Of a stretch of 64,000 nucleotides of DNA, positions 10,601-18,571 are shown in pieces. Under the pieces are notes generated by a model. It searched no databases and had not been told where the DNA came from. It was given only the letters and a program-made list of their open reading frames with translations. Origin of the DNA: a virus; the IMG/VR virus record IMGVR_UViG_3300021960_000030, positions 1 through 64,000 of that record; one strand, given 5' to 3'. A program made the position numbers and the translations under genes. Within the stretch, counting starts at the first letter, position 1, and every line of letters begins with the position of its first letter.

Positions 10601-11994
10601 GTATCAGTCTTCACATACTTCATCTGAACAACACGGGCTTTACCGATCATGTTGCCCTGAGAACTACCTGTATAGGTGGAGTAATCAGTTGTGTCGTTGG
10701 GAGCGATCATCCAGTTATCGCGGAGTTCGATAACCTGATATGCATTTTGGATGCCATCTCCAGAGATCTGGGGATTGCCATAAACGTCATAAACTTCGAC
10801 AAAGTTGCCGAGTTCAAACGAAATAATACCGTTCTCTCTGGTTTTGAATGTTCTGGGTTTGGGAACAGACGCATACTGAGGTGTCAGGAACTCAGTCCTA
10901 TAACCTCTAACATATGCTCTACCAGGACCAACCTCAACGGCAAGATATTCATCAGAAGCACTGACACCATCGGGGGAGATTTCACCAGTCCTGTAAACAC
11001 CGTTGTTGAAGAAGTCATCGAGGTGCTCACGAGCGGTAACGTCGAATGTATCGACAACATAGTCACCACTCTCTTCAAACGTACGACGTGCGAGAGAACG
11101 CTCAAGTTCGGAATATGCAGTTTTGTTTACAACCTGTTCAACCTTACTCTTGTTGATTCTCAGCAGTTCAATGAAGTTCTTATCAGTATCATCATTGATT
11201 GCCTTCTTGGTCAGTGTCGTCCTAATACGGAAACGGTGACCGCCAGGTGCCGAGTAGTTAGATGAACCAGCAGCGTTGTCGTTCAGTGAGGGGTCATCCT
11301 CAGGAGTGATGATCGACTCGCTTACATCAAGACCAATACGGTAAGAGGGATTGTTTGTGTATTGATCAAGCAGAAGGTATGCAGACTCCACGTCTACAAA
11401 GTAACCTCTGATGAAGTACACACCAGCATTGATGTATGCAACAGAACCAGTTGCAGTTGCCGCTGCTGGCAGAAGTTGTGCAAACGGAGAAGAAACCTCA
11501 ATCAGGGTTGAACCGAAAGTGATTTCGTTCTCAGCATAAAGCTGTTCATTATTGATAAACTCTTTTACGCCTACATCAGAGATGGTGTCTCCAGAATCGA
11601 CGTACTTGACATAAAGGGTGATATAACCTTTATCCGATTCTGTAGCGGGAATCGAGTACAGCACCTTTGCTTTAACGCCAGAGGTGACACCCGTAACCAG
11701 TTGCCCGTGCAGTTGGGTGCGGTAGTTTTCAACGTCAACACCCAGGAAGTTCTGCTGCAGAATAACTGCTTTAACATTCAGGTCGTAACCAATCTGACCA
11801 GGAATGACCATGGCACCTTCTTTGAAGAAGTGTTGACCCATGGACTCGATTTGGTTCTGCAGAATAGTCTGCATCGAGGTAAGTTCCCTAGCCTGGATCG
11901 GGAATCCTGGTCTAAAGAGAACTCGGTAAAAGTTTTTGTCCTTATCGAAGTCGTCAAAATAAGGACTAATGTTCAGATTAGTATTCTGGGGCAT
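4639..11994 (-). CDS. Large virion structural protein, DUF4815/VrlC-like (2451 aa)
   Basis: N-terminus MPQNTNLNISPYFDDFD..YRVLFRPGFPIQARELTSMQTILQNQ; internal RFTMKDIGDLEARV..EYYTSLSLLE, RFKNGYVVDDF and DPLAQSF motifs; next to gp8. Confidence 0.85.
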   Translation of the reverse strand: MPQNTNLNISPYFDDFDKDKNFYRVLFRPGFPIQARELTSMQTILQNQIESMGQHFFKEGAMVIPGQIGYDLNVKAVILQQNFLGVDVENYRTQLHGQLVTGVTSGVKAKVLYSIPATESDKGYITLYVKYVDSGDTISDVGVKEFINNEQLYAENEITFGSTLIEVSSPFAQLLPAAATATGSVAYINAGVYFIRGYFVDVESAYLLLDQYTNNPSYRIGLDVSESIITPEDDPSLNDNAAGSSNYSAPGGHRFRIRTTLTKKAINDDTDKNFIELLRINKSKVEQVVNKTAYSELERSLARRTFEESGDYVVDTFDVTAREHLDDFFNNGVYRTGEISPDGVSASDEYLAVEVGPGRAYVRGYRTEFLTPQYASVPKPRTFKTRENGIISFELGNFVEVYDVYGNPQISGDGIQNAYQVIELRDNWMIAPNDTTDYSTYTGSSQGNMIGKARVVQMKYVKTDTTLGTDFHNLYMMDIQMFTLMNFKTNVQLQPGDVIQGRTSGARAYVYEGATSQQSRKYVTLYQVSGTFTNNEVVTRDGRVVGEIDAVFGYQFQDTRSMIGRNQGSAVVFGCNVSLDDQYSIDCYNVDVDQAGTQTLYGYGSTFGTELRPGEVLRVTGTSVKGESTLRVKRVDPTAIDVTAANSASTVSNFIFNYAEQTALLDTALTKGSIPDGEYAQGTVIRLRPYLRMKSYQNGELSIDLPYRSMRSLSDESFFVYRSFINKVVSNGDITITLPESEAFGSLDEGDFTLTVAAQSGSSYTVGQNLDLEIENDAQNLTVSFGAERQSITIQGLSGVTSVHLNALVSKNTVSRKIKTASKMRVMKVIKTNQQNDTLKFGLAYGNLYGTRIEDSEISFGLNDVYKIHAVYESESDEDAQIPYVVLDSATFFDVGSVVVGRTSGARARVISFVNSTLRLYNVSLNNIQFVPGEIIDGFDDDGVALTALIDDADGSVIVGARNITTSFNLDPQQGSHFTDVSKLIREPNITAPTRRLIVIFDYFLHEQTGDYFSAQSYTGIPFKEIPNYKLDGSINFLVDQIDFRPAVGEQAEGSGTVGNPYYVNCTSLDFDSRVFSTQNNAAGGSTIFDIMRVETAFRADYSWYQPRLDHVYLGNNNEIFVAQGKPGDDLLPPDKVENAMLLATMELKPYVYNPERDVIIKPEQIRRFTMKDIGDLEARVAQVEYYTSLSLLEVQADNTKSYDANGLDRFKNGYVVDDFTDHTVGDVLSPDYKCSLDFREGILRPSHYTTNVALEWNEQQSSNVIKHEANVLTLPYVEEMIVEQPYASRQENVNPFNVFTFIGRIDLLPSSDDWIDTKRLPARVENVEGDFSAVARDLNIDQNGFAPIQWGSWQTNWTGETIQSRNSFLSQSGRYGVGRQLGRAGHGQRRQGLFYLHERRTYRVVNNQTRQGIRTRVVPRVDRKSLGDSILSQTAVPWIRSRNVGYKVSRMKPNTRFYTFFDNVNVNNYMLPKIIELVKNSAADPNTNETPFVVGETVIGSRSGCRLKVAQPNDGGQFNPYTGTSSALPESYASQTDILNIDTDALAETKNPDFFGNIAVGEVLVGQTSGARAVVKDRRLISNNVGELAGTLFIPNPNEDANPRFATGTRTFRFTTNADNSKLPGTVDSSAETTYEARGVLNTVQENILAVRNAEIVRDTVSSTRNVVSTRTETRQIGWYDPLAQSFILDEEGGMYLNSVDIFFATKDSNIPISMQIRTMENGYPTGIILPFSDITLNPAQVETSENAAIPTKFIFRAPVYIKQSTEYCFVLLSDSNEYKVWISRMGDVDVSGTRTISEQPYAGVLFKSQNASTWTADQYEDLKFRINRCIFGPTSGVAVFNNCTLGRGNGGVHNLIENPIQTLKPKQIIDLPPTFTETFTVGARLIQDPSNAAGTIVEFDTTGSTPRLTLNDIEGTFATGFLQQGGGIFNVFKSSQSLVTITTSVVQNGAFQVGQVITNGGDAEATVISFDEGSGIIEANFCLGTFTDADTISNTSGVTATIVAAGVTYSGDSRTGYPTASPSYDSDEKEVLVYHKNHGMHERSNNITVEGIISEISPTTLTSTLAADATNIAVQDALSFHVILNNQPVGTTNPGYIKIGDEIIAYSAISATGQTITVAPSGRGADGTAAVEHPAGSVVECYNLDGIPLTELNKTHLQISCPWLDTYMIHTASVATNGIRGGGKGVFASQNVQFETITPTLKVMNLPETTVRALVNTTTATSIGDGSRNIDQASFINTGDFEEIVLNEVNSFATPRLIASQINENNKMEGSKSLTMQVQLSTKNTSLSPVVDLDRCSLITTSNRINYWPGGSAVIPSQANIDSTADTSTDPVGDQNDAVYLTRLARLTNESRSLKLSFQITRTGDSFIYPYYKVFTFGSSTRPEEVDWVPFPSTIVYDDTPTEELLWKDYEYEVNGLNFNAFQIKLVLKSKNQARVPLIADMRAIALAT

Positions 11995-11995
11995 T

Positions 11996-13531
11996 TTAGA
12001 ACTCGATTACGATTTTGATATCTTCGATTTGGTCACCAGCACGAGAGATCGCGCTCCTGTTATCTATGTAGATAACATCTCCAGAGTTCGGTTGGATCTC
12101 GGGAGAAGCATATCCGTTAGTGAATGACATACCCAGGTCATATTCTGTGTTGTTGATAACACGAGTTGATGCACCTGCGACAATCGGGAAGTTGATGTCT
12201 GGGTCACCTGAGGTACCAGATGTTGCACCAACGATTGCGTTACCACCTTCAAACTCAACGAGGTTACCTGTGATTTCAGGGAACACACCGTCAACTCTGT
12301 TTTGGTAATACTTCAAAACTTTGGTTGTAGAGTTCCAAGAGATGACACGTCCACGAGCAGTCACCTGCTGACCACCAACAGTTCTGGACTGTGTGATGAT
12401 TTCATCCGTTTGGAACTGACCTGTAAACGATGCAGGGAAGATAGATGCATACGTTCCAGACAGGGTGAGGTCGGATACCAGTTCAGCGGTACCGAATCTC
12501 TTGGGGTTGATCACCAGACCAATACGACGATAGTCGTTATCGGTCGGGAAGTCACCGCTACCTTCAGCGTAGGTGAACTTCGTGTTGATCATTACTCGGA
12601 AACCACCCAGTTCGACGGGAGGTACAGCACCGTGACCGCCAACAGGGGGGATAATAACGTCGATAGTTGCACCAGCACCAGCACCAGCACCAATACCGTT
12701 CACTTCGTCAATGATGACTTTACCGAATGTGTAACCAGAACCACCAGAGGTCACGGTTGCAGAAACGACCTTACCACCATCAACAACCAGCGATACACGA
12801 CCACCAGTACCGTCTCCCTTGATGGGCACGTTTTCGTATGTGCCGTTGTTGTAACCAGCACCAGATGCCTGAATAACAACGGTGTCGATTTCTCCACCGA
12901 TAGCATCGGACTGCACAGCAACGTCACTCAGCACTGGCATGTATTCGCCAGAGAAGAACTTCAGCACCTGTCCCACAGGGATGGTGTACATATACTTCCA
13001 ACGATAACCGTCGGATGTAGTAATAACAGATGTCGAAGTACCAGTCGGTTCAACAGTCGAGGGCTTACCGTTCGGATCAGAAGGGGATGTTCCGTTGTAG
13101 ATGCACTTATAGACCTGATACGAGGAGTTAACCACGTAGAAGTCGGCGTCATACAGTTTGGTAGCACCAGACGATGCCGTCTTGGTAGAACTGTAGTCAT
13201 GACGATACATGTCATAGACATAACCCAAACCACCTGTGGTTTGTTCGGGAGGTGTCCAGTCCACACGACGGATAACTTGGATAACGTCATTCGCAAGCAC
13301 ACGCTTCAGCGAAATCATGTCATCGAAGACATCCGAAAACTCTTGGAAAGAGTCAATAGGTGTCGGTGGATTATTTTCATTGTCCCACGATTGTGGACGA
13401 CCAATGAAAACGTACAGACGGTCTCTACTTGCCCCAGCATCAATGTCAGATTGGATGGGATTAGGTCCCTCCAACGCCTTGATGAACTTGTTGGCAGTAA
13501 AAATCCTAAACTGGTCAGTAAGTAACGCCAT
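11996..13531 (-). CDS. gp8: Baseplate wedge subunit gp8
   Basis: LYVFIGRPQSW, IRRVDW, VYKCIYNG, DGYRWKYMYTIP, YRRIGLVINP and SGDVIYIDNRSAISR..DQIEDIKIVIEF match T4-like gp8. Confidence 0.9.
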   Translation of the reverse strand: MALLTDQFRIFTANKFIKALEGPNPIQSDIDAGASRDRLYVFIGRPQSWDNENNPPTPIDSFQEFSDVFDDMISLKRVLANDVIQVIRRVDWTPPEQTTGGLGYVYDMYRHDYSSTKTASSGATKLYDADFYVVNSSYQVYKCIYNGTSPSDPNGKPSTVEPTGTSTSVITTSDGYRWKYMYTIPVGQVLKFFSGEYMPVLSDVAVQSDAIGGEIDTVVIQASGAGYNNGTYENVPIKGDGTGGRVSLVVDGGKVVSATVTSGGSGYTFGKVIIDEVNGIGAGAGAGATIDVIIPPVGGHGAVPPVELGGFRVMINTKFTYAEGSGDFPTDNDYRRIGLVINPKRFGTAELVSDLTLSGTYASIFPASFTGQFQTDEIITQSRTVGGQQVTARGRVISWNSTTKVLKYYQNRVDGVFPEITGNLVEFEGGNAIVGATSGTSGDPDINFPIVAGASTRVINNTEYDLGMSFTNGYASPEIQPNSGDVIYIDNRSAISRAGDQIEDIKIVIEF

Positions 13532-13553
13532 TATGCTGTTTTACCCTTCCCTT

Positions 13554-13561
13554 TATTTATA
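13554..13561 (-). promoter_or_regulatory. T4-type late promoter TATAAATA
   Basis: Perfect consensus 22 nt upstream of the gp8 start. Confidence 0.8.
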
Positions 13562-13563
13562 GG

Positions 13564-15423
13564 TTATTCTGGTTCGTTTCTCAGGAGGTAATCGTAATAA
13601 ACCTCCCAGAGATTACCTGTCGCACTAGAGCTACCACCAGAAATAGCATCGGTTGGATCAAACTTATAGTTTGCACCGTTGTTGACAGGGTTGGACAGGA
13701 TAAGTTGGACGTAACCGTTACCATATCCTTGTGGTGAATCATCCCAAGAGACGATAGTCGCACTAACGCCAGAGACGGATCCCGAAACAGATTCACCAAC
13801 AGAGAACTGAGTAATACCGTTCCAGTCTTTCAATACCATTCTGATATCAGCAGAGTGTGATTCACCATCACCCAGCTGACCAGCATCCTGCACAGTTGCA
13901 ACTAGAGGATTCTGACTACCGTCAAATACTCTGTCACCGATTGCTAGCAGGGTTGTGTTTTGACCACCGACGGTTTCCTCAATACCATACTTGGATGAGG
14001 CAATACCACCGTCCAGGCTGACTTCATATTCAAAGTCTGTTCCTGTGTTGATGATGTCAATGATGCCGTCACCAGCACCCTCCAGTTCATTATCGTCTTC
14101 AAACCTACTGTCTGGTCTGATTGAAAGTGGTGATGTAAACAGAACGATCTCATCACCAGGAGAATCCAGGATTACGTGAGGTTCCACACCAGTTCCAGAA
14201 GAACCAGCAACACCAGCGATGAATGTGATAATCTTTGTTTCTGCTTGAGACTTGCCAGCATCAATAAATGCTAGTTCGTCAACTTCAAACACCAGATACA
14301 GTTCTCTTGTTTCTGGTCTCCAGTCGTAAACAATAGCGATCTTGTTATCTGCCGATTCTTGAACACGGCGAACCCTATCGTTAATAGCGAACTGATAACC
14401 AGTAATACCTGTATTAGGATTATTTTGCAGAGAATCCAGAACAACCTTCTGGTCATACTTGAAGTTAATACCTCTAGTAATCCCTTTGAACTGGGTTGCA
14501 GTTTTGGATGTGTATCTAAAGATCTCCTTACCAATCTGTGCCTTACCCGAACCAGGGAATGCTGCAGTGGTTTCAACGTTGATTGTGGTGTCAGAAACAC
14601 CAACATCGGAAGTAAGACCAGTAATGTTGTAGAGAACCGAGTTCAGTGACTGACGATTTCTGGCAGTTCTGACTAGGTTTGTATTTCTTGTGAAGATAAC
14701 CTGAGGGGATGATGTGTATCCACCACCAGGGTTTGTGATATTGATGTTTGTAATCTTGCCAAGATTTACAACTGCTTCTGCAGTTGCACCAGATCCACCA
14801 CCACCAATCAACTGGATGATGGGTGGAGTCTCGAAGAACTCACCAGGGTTACTGATGTTAATGTTCTCAATCTGACCAAACTCATTAACTTCACAAATAC
14901 CAGTTGCACCCTCACCACCGCCACCAGCGATGACGAGAGCAACGTCAGATCTAGTGTAGTTACGACCGACATTTTCTAGAGATAGACCAGTCACAAAACC
15001 AGTAACAGGCACCAACTCTGCACCAGCACCACCACCGCCGACAATCGATGCGCTAGTGCCACCGAAATAGTTGTCACCATTTCTTCTGAGTTGGATGTAG
15101 TCAACTCCACCATTTTCATCTAGGAAGACTTGACCACCAGCACCAAAAGCACCAAAGTCGGTGCTATTGATGACCAGTCGAAGTGGACTGTATCCTTCAC
15201 CAGGATCCAAAACCTCAACTGCCTGAATCTCACCTGCAGTGTTGATTACGGGTCTCAGAACTGCATCCCTAAGTGGTGTGCCGCAGTTACCAATAGTAAG
15301 TTGCGGAGGATCATTGGCGTCATAACCAGATCCACCATCAACAACATACACCTCACGGACACCGTAGGTGCTGTTGAATACGGGATCGATTATCGCACCG
15401 CTACCTGGGACTGTTCTTGCCAT
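13564..15423 (-). CDS. Baseplate-associated structural protein with Gly-rich beta repeats
   Basis: Repeats of the type GGGGSGATAEAVVNLGKITNINITNPGGGYTSSPQV, shared with gp8 and the giant protein; position in the baseplate cluster. Confidence 0.75.
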   Translation of the reverse strand: MARTVPGSGAIIDPVFNSTYGVREVYVVDGGSGYDANDPPQLTIGNCGTPLRDAVLRPVINTAGEIQAVEVLDPGEGYSPLRLVINSTDFGAFGAGGQVFLDENGGVDYIQLRRNGDNYFGGTSASIVGGGGAGAELVPVTGFVTGLSLENVGRNYTRSDVALVIAGGGGEGATGICEVNEFGQIENINISNPGEFFETPPIIQLIGGGGSGATAEAVVNLGKITNINITNPGGGYTSSPQVIFTRNTNLVRTARNRQSLNSVLYNITGLTSDVGVSDTTINVETTAAFPGSGKAQIGKEIFRYTSKTATQFKGITRGINFKYDQKVVLDSLQNNPNTGITGYQFAINDRVRRVQESADNKIAIVYDWRPETRELYLVFEVDELAFIDAGKSQAETKIITFIAGVAGSSGTGVEPHVILDSPGDEIVLFTSPLSIRPDSRFEDDNELEGAGDGIIDIINTGTDFEYEVSLDGGIASSKYGIEETVGGQNTTLLAIGDRVFDGSQNPLVATVQDAGQLGDGESHSADIRMVLKDWNGITQFSVGESVSGSVSGVSATIVSWDDSPQGYGNGYVQLILSNPVNNGANYKFDPTDAISGGSSSATGNLWEVYYDYLLRNEPE

Positions 15424-15426
15424 TTA

Positions 15427-16932
15427 TCAGACCACTACAATGTTTCCGACCATCCCAGCATGGATGGTGCACTGATACACATAAGTCGTACCTGCACTCA
15501 CAGACATGGGGACTGTGTACACAAGAACGCCAGTTGTAGATCCAGAAACGCCATCTGTTACAGCAGCACCACCAGATCCAACGCGGATTTCAAAGGGGTG
15601 ACTGGTACCAGTTGTATTATTGAATCTATATGTGAAACCTCTATAAACATAGATTGTTGGATCGTCTGTAGTGTTGCTCAGACCAGGACCATCGAATCTA
15701 TATGCTTGGGTGCCGTTTGCGGTGATATCCCAAGAGAGTACGGGTGATGCATATGCACCGAAAGTGTTGGTTCCTATACCAACAATCGACTGACCTTCAG
15801 TAACAGTGGGAAGAGCAGGTGCAGTATTGTTAATGGTAACTACTGTGCTTGCACCATCACCAGTAACAACTGTAGAGATGTTTGTTCCACCAGTGAAAGT
15901 TAACTCAGCAGTTGCAGCAGATGCAGTCTGAGTTCCAGTATCACCACTGACAGTCTCATAAAGATTTTGTGTGATGTTAGGTGCACTGTTTGTGACAGTG
16001 AGGTTATCTCCAGAGATCGCTGTCGAAATACCTGTGCCGCCAATAATGTTGATTTGGGATGTGGTTGTAGTAGCAGTCTTGCTACCACTATCCGAACCGA
16101 TCACGCTGAACAGGTTTTGATCTGGATCACCCAGAGCACCAGTCATATCAATGGTGAGTGTGTCACCAGAGATGGTTGTGGAGATGTTTGTGCCACCTGC
16201 AATGGTCAAAACATCCTGTGCAGCACTAGCAGTTGTGGTGCCAGTGTCGGCATTAAATGTTTCCCACAGGTTTTGTGTACCAGATGATCCACCCTCACCA
16301 GTTGCATCATTGGCAGGTTCAAACTTAGAAGTTGTAGAGTTCCACTTCAGGATTTGACCGTTGGAGGGACCACCGCCGACAGTCATGTCAACGTCAGCCA
16401 GATCACCAATGCTGCTATTTACGTCAACCAGTTCAATCCAAGAAGAGGAGTGAGCAAAGTATCCTTTACCAGTGTCATGAACATGAGCAAACATGCCATG
16501 GTGATTGGTAGCATTGGGGAGGTCTGCCAACTCATTGTAGGGTGCATACCATTTCAGGTATCCATCTGCACCATCAATATAGGTATATGGCGTACCACTG
16601 TTACCACCCCAGAAGTTGATATCACCCACACCGCTTGGTTTGATGGTGACATTGCCGTTACTATTTGAGGTGATGTTGAATCCACTGACATCAAGATCTG
16701 CTGTCAGGGTATCTAGGTGATCCCCATAAAACTCTGCTTGTGGTTCGGTTCTGAAACGAAGAACTTGACCTTCTGTGATACCAGCACCGATATTGATCAG
16801 AATATCGGTACCATTACCAAGGCGATCGTACAGTTCATCGATGACATTATTAAGTTTGACGGCACCATCTCTTAGGGTGTCGCCAGTACCGTCATTAGCG
16901 GCAGAACCAATACCAATATTCTGCTTAGACAT
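15427..16932 (-). CDS. gp9/gp10-like baseplate-fibre connector with C-terminal cupredoxin (plastocyanin/amicyanin-like) domain
   Basis: N-terminus KQNIGIGSAANDGTGDTLRDGAVKLN is the gp9/gp10 motif; three ~50-aa repeats; C-terminus HPFEIR...YQCTIHAGMVGNIVV. Confidence 0.8.
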   Translation of the reverse strand: MSKQNIGIGSAANDGTGDTLRDGAVKLNNVIDELYDRLGNGTDILINIGAGITEGQVLRFRTEPQAEFYGDHLDTLTADLDVSGFNITSNSNGNVTIKPSGVGDINFWGGNSGTPYTYIDGADGYLKWYAPYNELADLPNATNHHGMFAHVHDTGKGYFAHSSSWIELVDVNSSIGDLADVDMTVGGGPSNGQILKWNSTTSKFEPANDATGEGGSSGTQNLWETFNADTGTTTASAAQDVLTIAGGTNISTTISGDTLTIDMTGALGDPDQNLFSVIGSDSGSKTATTTTSQINIIGGTGISTAISGDNLTVTNSAPNITQNLYETVSGDTGTQTASAATAELTFTGGTNISTVVTGDGASTVVTINNTAPALPTVTEGQSIVGIGTNTFGAYASPVLSWDITANGTQAYRFDGPGLSNTTDDPTIYVYRGFTYRFNNTTGTSHPFEIRVGSGGAAVTDGVSGSTTGVLVYTVPMSVSAGTTYVYQCTIHAGMVGNIVVV

Positions 16933-16954
16933 AGTTCTCGGACTTTTATAGTGC

Positions 16955-16961
16955 TATTTAG
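16955..16961 (-). promoter_or_regulatory. Probable late promoter variant (CTAAATA)
   Basis: TAAATA core about 22 nt upstream of the start at 16932. Confidence 0.5.
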
Positions 16962-18553
16962 GTTTGATCGAAACGGGTAGATGTACTGTCGAACGTTGTC
17001 GCAGTAGCATCGAACTGGGTATCTCCAGTTGCACCACCCACACCTGTTACGGTAAGAGTTGCAACGTCGGAAGTCAGTGGTGAGTTTTGTGCTGGTGTAG
17101 GAGCACCAATCGGTCCACGAATCTCAACTTTGAACTTGTACCCCGTCATGTATGCAAGAGCAGTGAAGGAGTAGGAAGAGGAAGTTGCGCCGTTGAGAGT
17201 GGAATAAGAGAAACCACCATCAGTAGATCTAAACCACTGATATGTCTTCGGTCCATTCTCAGGAAGAATGGTTACAGCAACACTGAATGTTGCAAGTTGT
17301 CCACTATTAACTGTGACGTTTTGTGGTTGTGTGTTGATCTGTAGAGTAGGTGCAACGCCACCAGGACCCTCGCCACCAGCACCAGGATCGGGAGGAGCAG
17401 CAGCACCATTGTTTGGTGGTTGATCAATAGACTGCCTAGATGTCAGACCAATCATGTATGGGAACTGGGCATCTCCTGTTTCATCGATTGTCAGGAAGTA
17501 TGCGTAGGTGCCGTTGGGATACTCAGGAGTGAGGCAGAAACGCCCGTTGTGGGAGTCTAGTGAACCCTGTCCCTCGGTGTACTCCCAGTCCTGCATAAAT
17601 GACCCTGCAGGGGGGTTCTGGAGGGTGCTGCCATAGGAAGGTCTACCTTCTGGTTCAATAGGTTTGAGATCGTATGATGTGGTCATGTATGTGATCTCAG
17701 ACTCATTGTTCCATGGGTCTGTATACGCAAACGGACCATAGACAGGGAATCCATCAAAAGCGATGCCAAGCATCTTGGAGTGACCATCGGGATGTCTCAG
17801 ATTGTCGCCGTTATACTGAGTCAGACCGTAGTAGTCATTGTATGTTGACATGATGGAACCATTTTTCCAACAGTCAATGAAGTGTGTATCGTGATAGTGA
17901 TACTGACCTGTGTTCTCTGGGTGACCACCGCATTGGTCATCGCCAAAATCTACTGGAGACAACTCATAGTGTGCGTTCCAGTTGAATCCTGCTGGTGGGT
18001 TACCACCAGCACCAGCACTAGGGTTAAACAGTGCAACACCATTTGCTGCTACACCAATAATGCCCAGTGGCGTCGGTGTTCTACCATTTCTCTGATCATA
18101 ATATGTGTATGTTCCTGTATCGCCATAAGAGGAATCTGCAACAATCAAGTCGAGAGTTGTATCTGTACTTCTCCAACAGTTGCCAGGTGTAGAAGTAAAG
18201 GTTGTGCCCTGATATACAAACTTCTGCCTTCTACCATCGCTGAATACAAACATTAAGTTGTCTCCAGGACGAATCGTGCCAGAAGTCGGATCTGCACTTA
18301 GCAGAGCATTGTCGTCTGGTGATAGTGGGATAGTAATAACGTATCCTTCCTTCGACCAAGTATTATCGTCAAACGTTCTAGCAACACCAAACGTACCACC
18401 TCTAAAAAAGAAGTCATGCTCAAACGCCTGTTCAGTAACAGTGTTTGGGTTGTTTGTATTAGGGAACGTTCCGTAAGCTACGGGGTCTGGTAAACCATCC
18501 CCCGTAACCGTCAGAATATTATTAGCAGGATTGTACGCAGCGGTTGCGGTCAT
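16958..18553 (-). CDS. YHYH-domain protein with C-terminal Ig-like domain
   Basis: IGVAANGVALFNP, DQCGGHP..GQYHYH, HSKMLGIAFDGFPVYGP and LDSHNGRFCLTPEYPNGTYAYF, then an Ig-like QPQNVTV..TYQWFRS. Confidence 0.85.
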   Translation of the reverse strand: MTATAAYNPANNILTVTGDGLPDPVAYGTFPNTNNPNTVTEQAFEHDFFFRGGTFGVARTFDDNTWSKEGYVITIPLSPDDNALLSADPTSGTIRPGDNLMFVFSDGRRQKFVYQGTTFTSTPGNCWRSTDTTLDLIVADSSYGDTGTYTYYDQRNGRTPTPLGIIGVAANGVALFNPSAGAGGNPPAGFNWNAHYELSPVDFGDDQCGGHPENTGQYHYHDTHFIDCWKNGSIMSTYNDYYGLTQYNGDNLRHPDGHSKMLGIAFDGFPVYGPFAYTDPWNNESEITYMTTSYDLKPIEPEGRPSYGSTLQNPPAGSFMQDWEYTEGQGSLDSHNGRFCLTPEYPNGTYAYFLTIDETGDAQFPYMIGLTSRQSIDQPPNNGAAAPPDPGAGGEGPGGVAPTLQINTQPQNVTVNSGQLATFSVAVTILPENGPKTYQWFRSTDGGFSYSTLNGATSSSYSFTALAYMTGYKFKVEIRGPIGAPTPAQNSPLTSDVATLTVTGVGGATGDTQFDATATTFDSTSTRFDQT

Positions 18554-18563
18554 CGTTTTTGAC

Positions 18564-18571
18564 TATTTATT
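18564..18571 (-). promoter_or_regulatory. Probable late promoter (AATAAATA)
   Basis: ATAAATA core overlapping the stop of the giant gene, 10 nt upstream of the YHYH gene. Confidence 0.55.
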
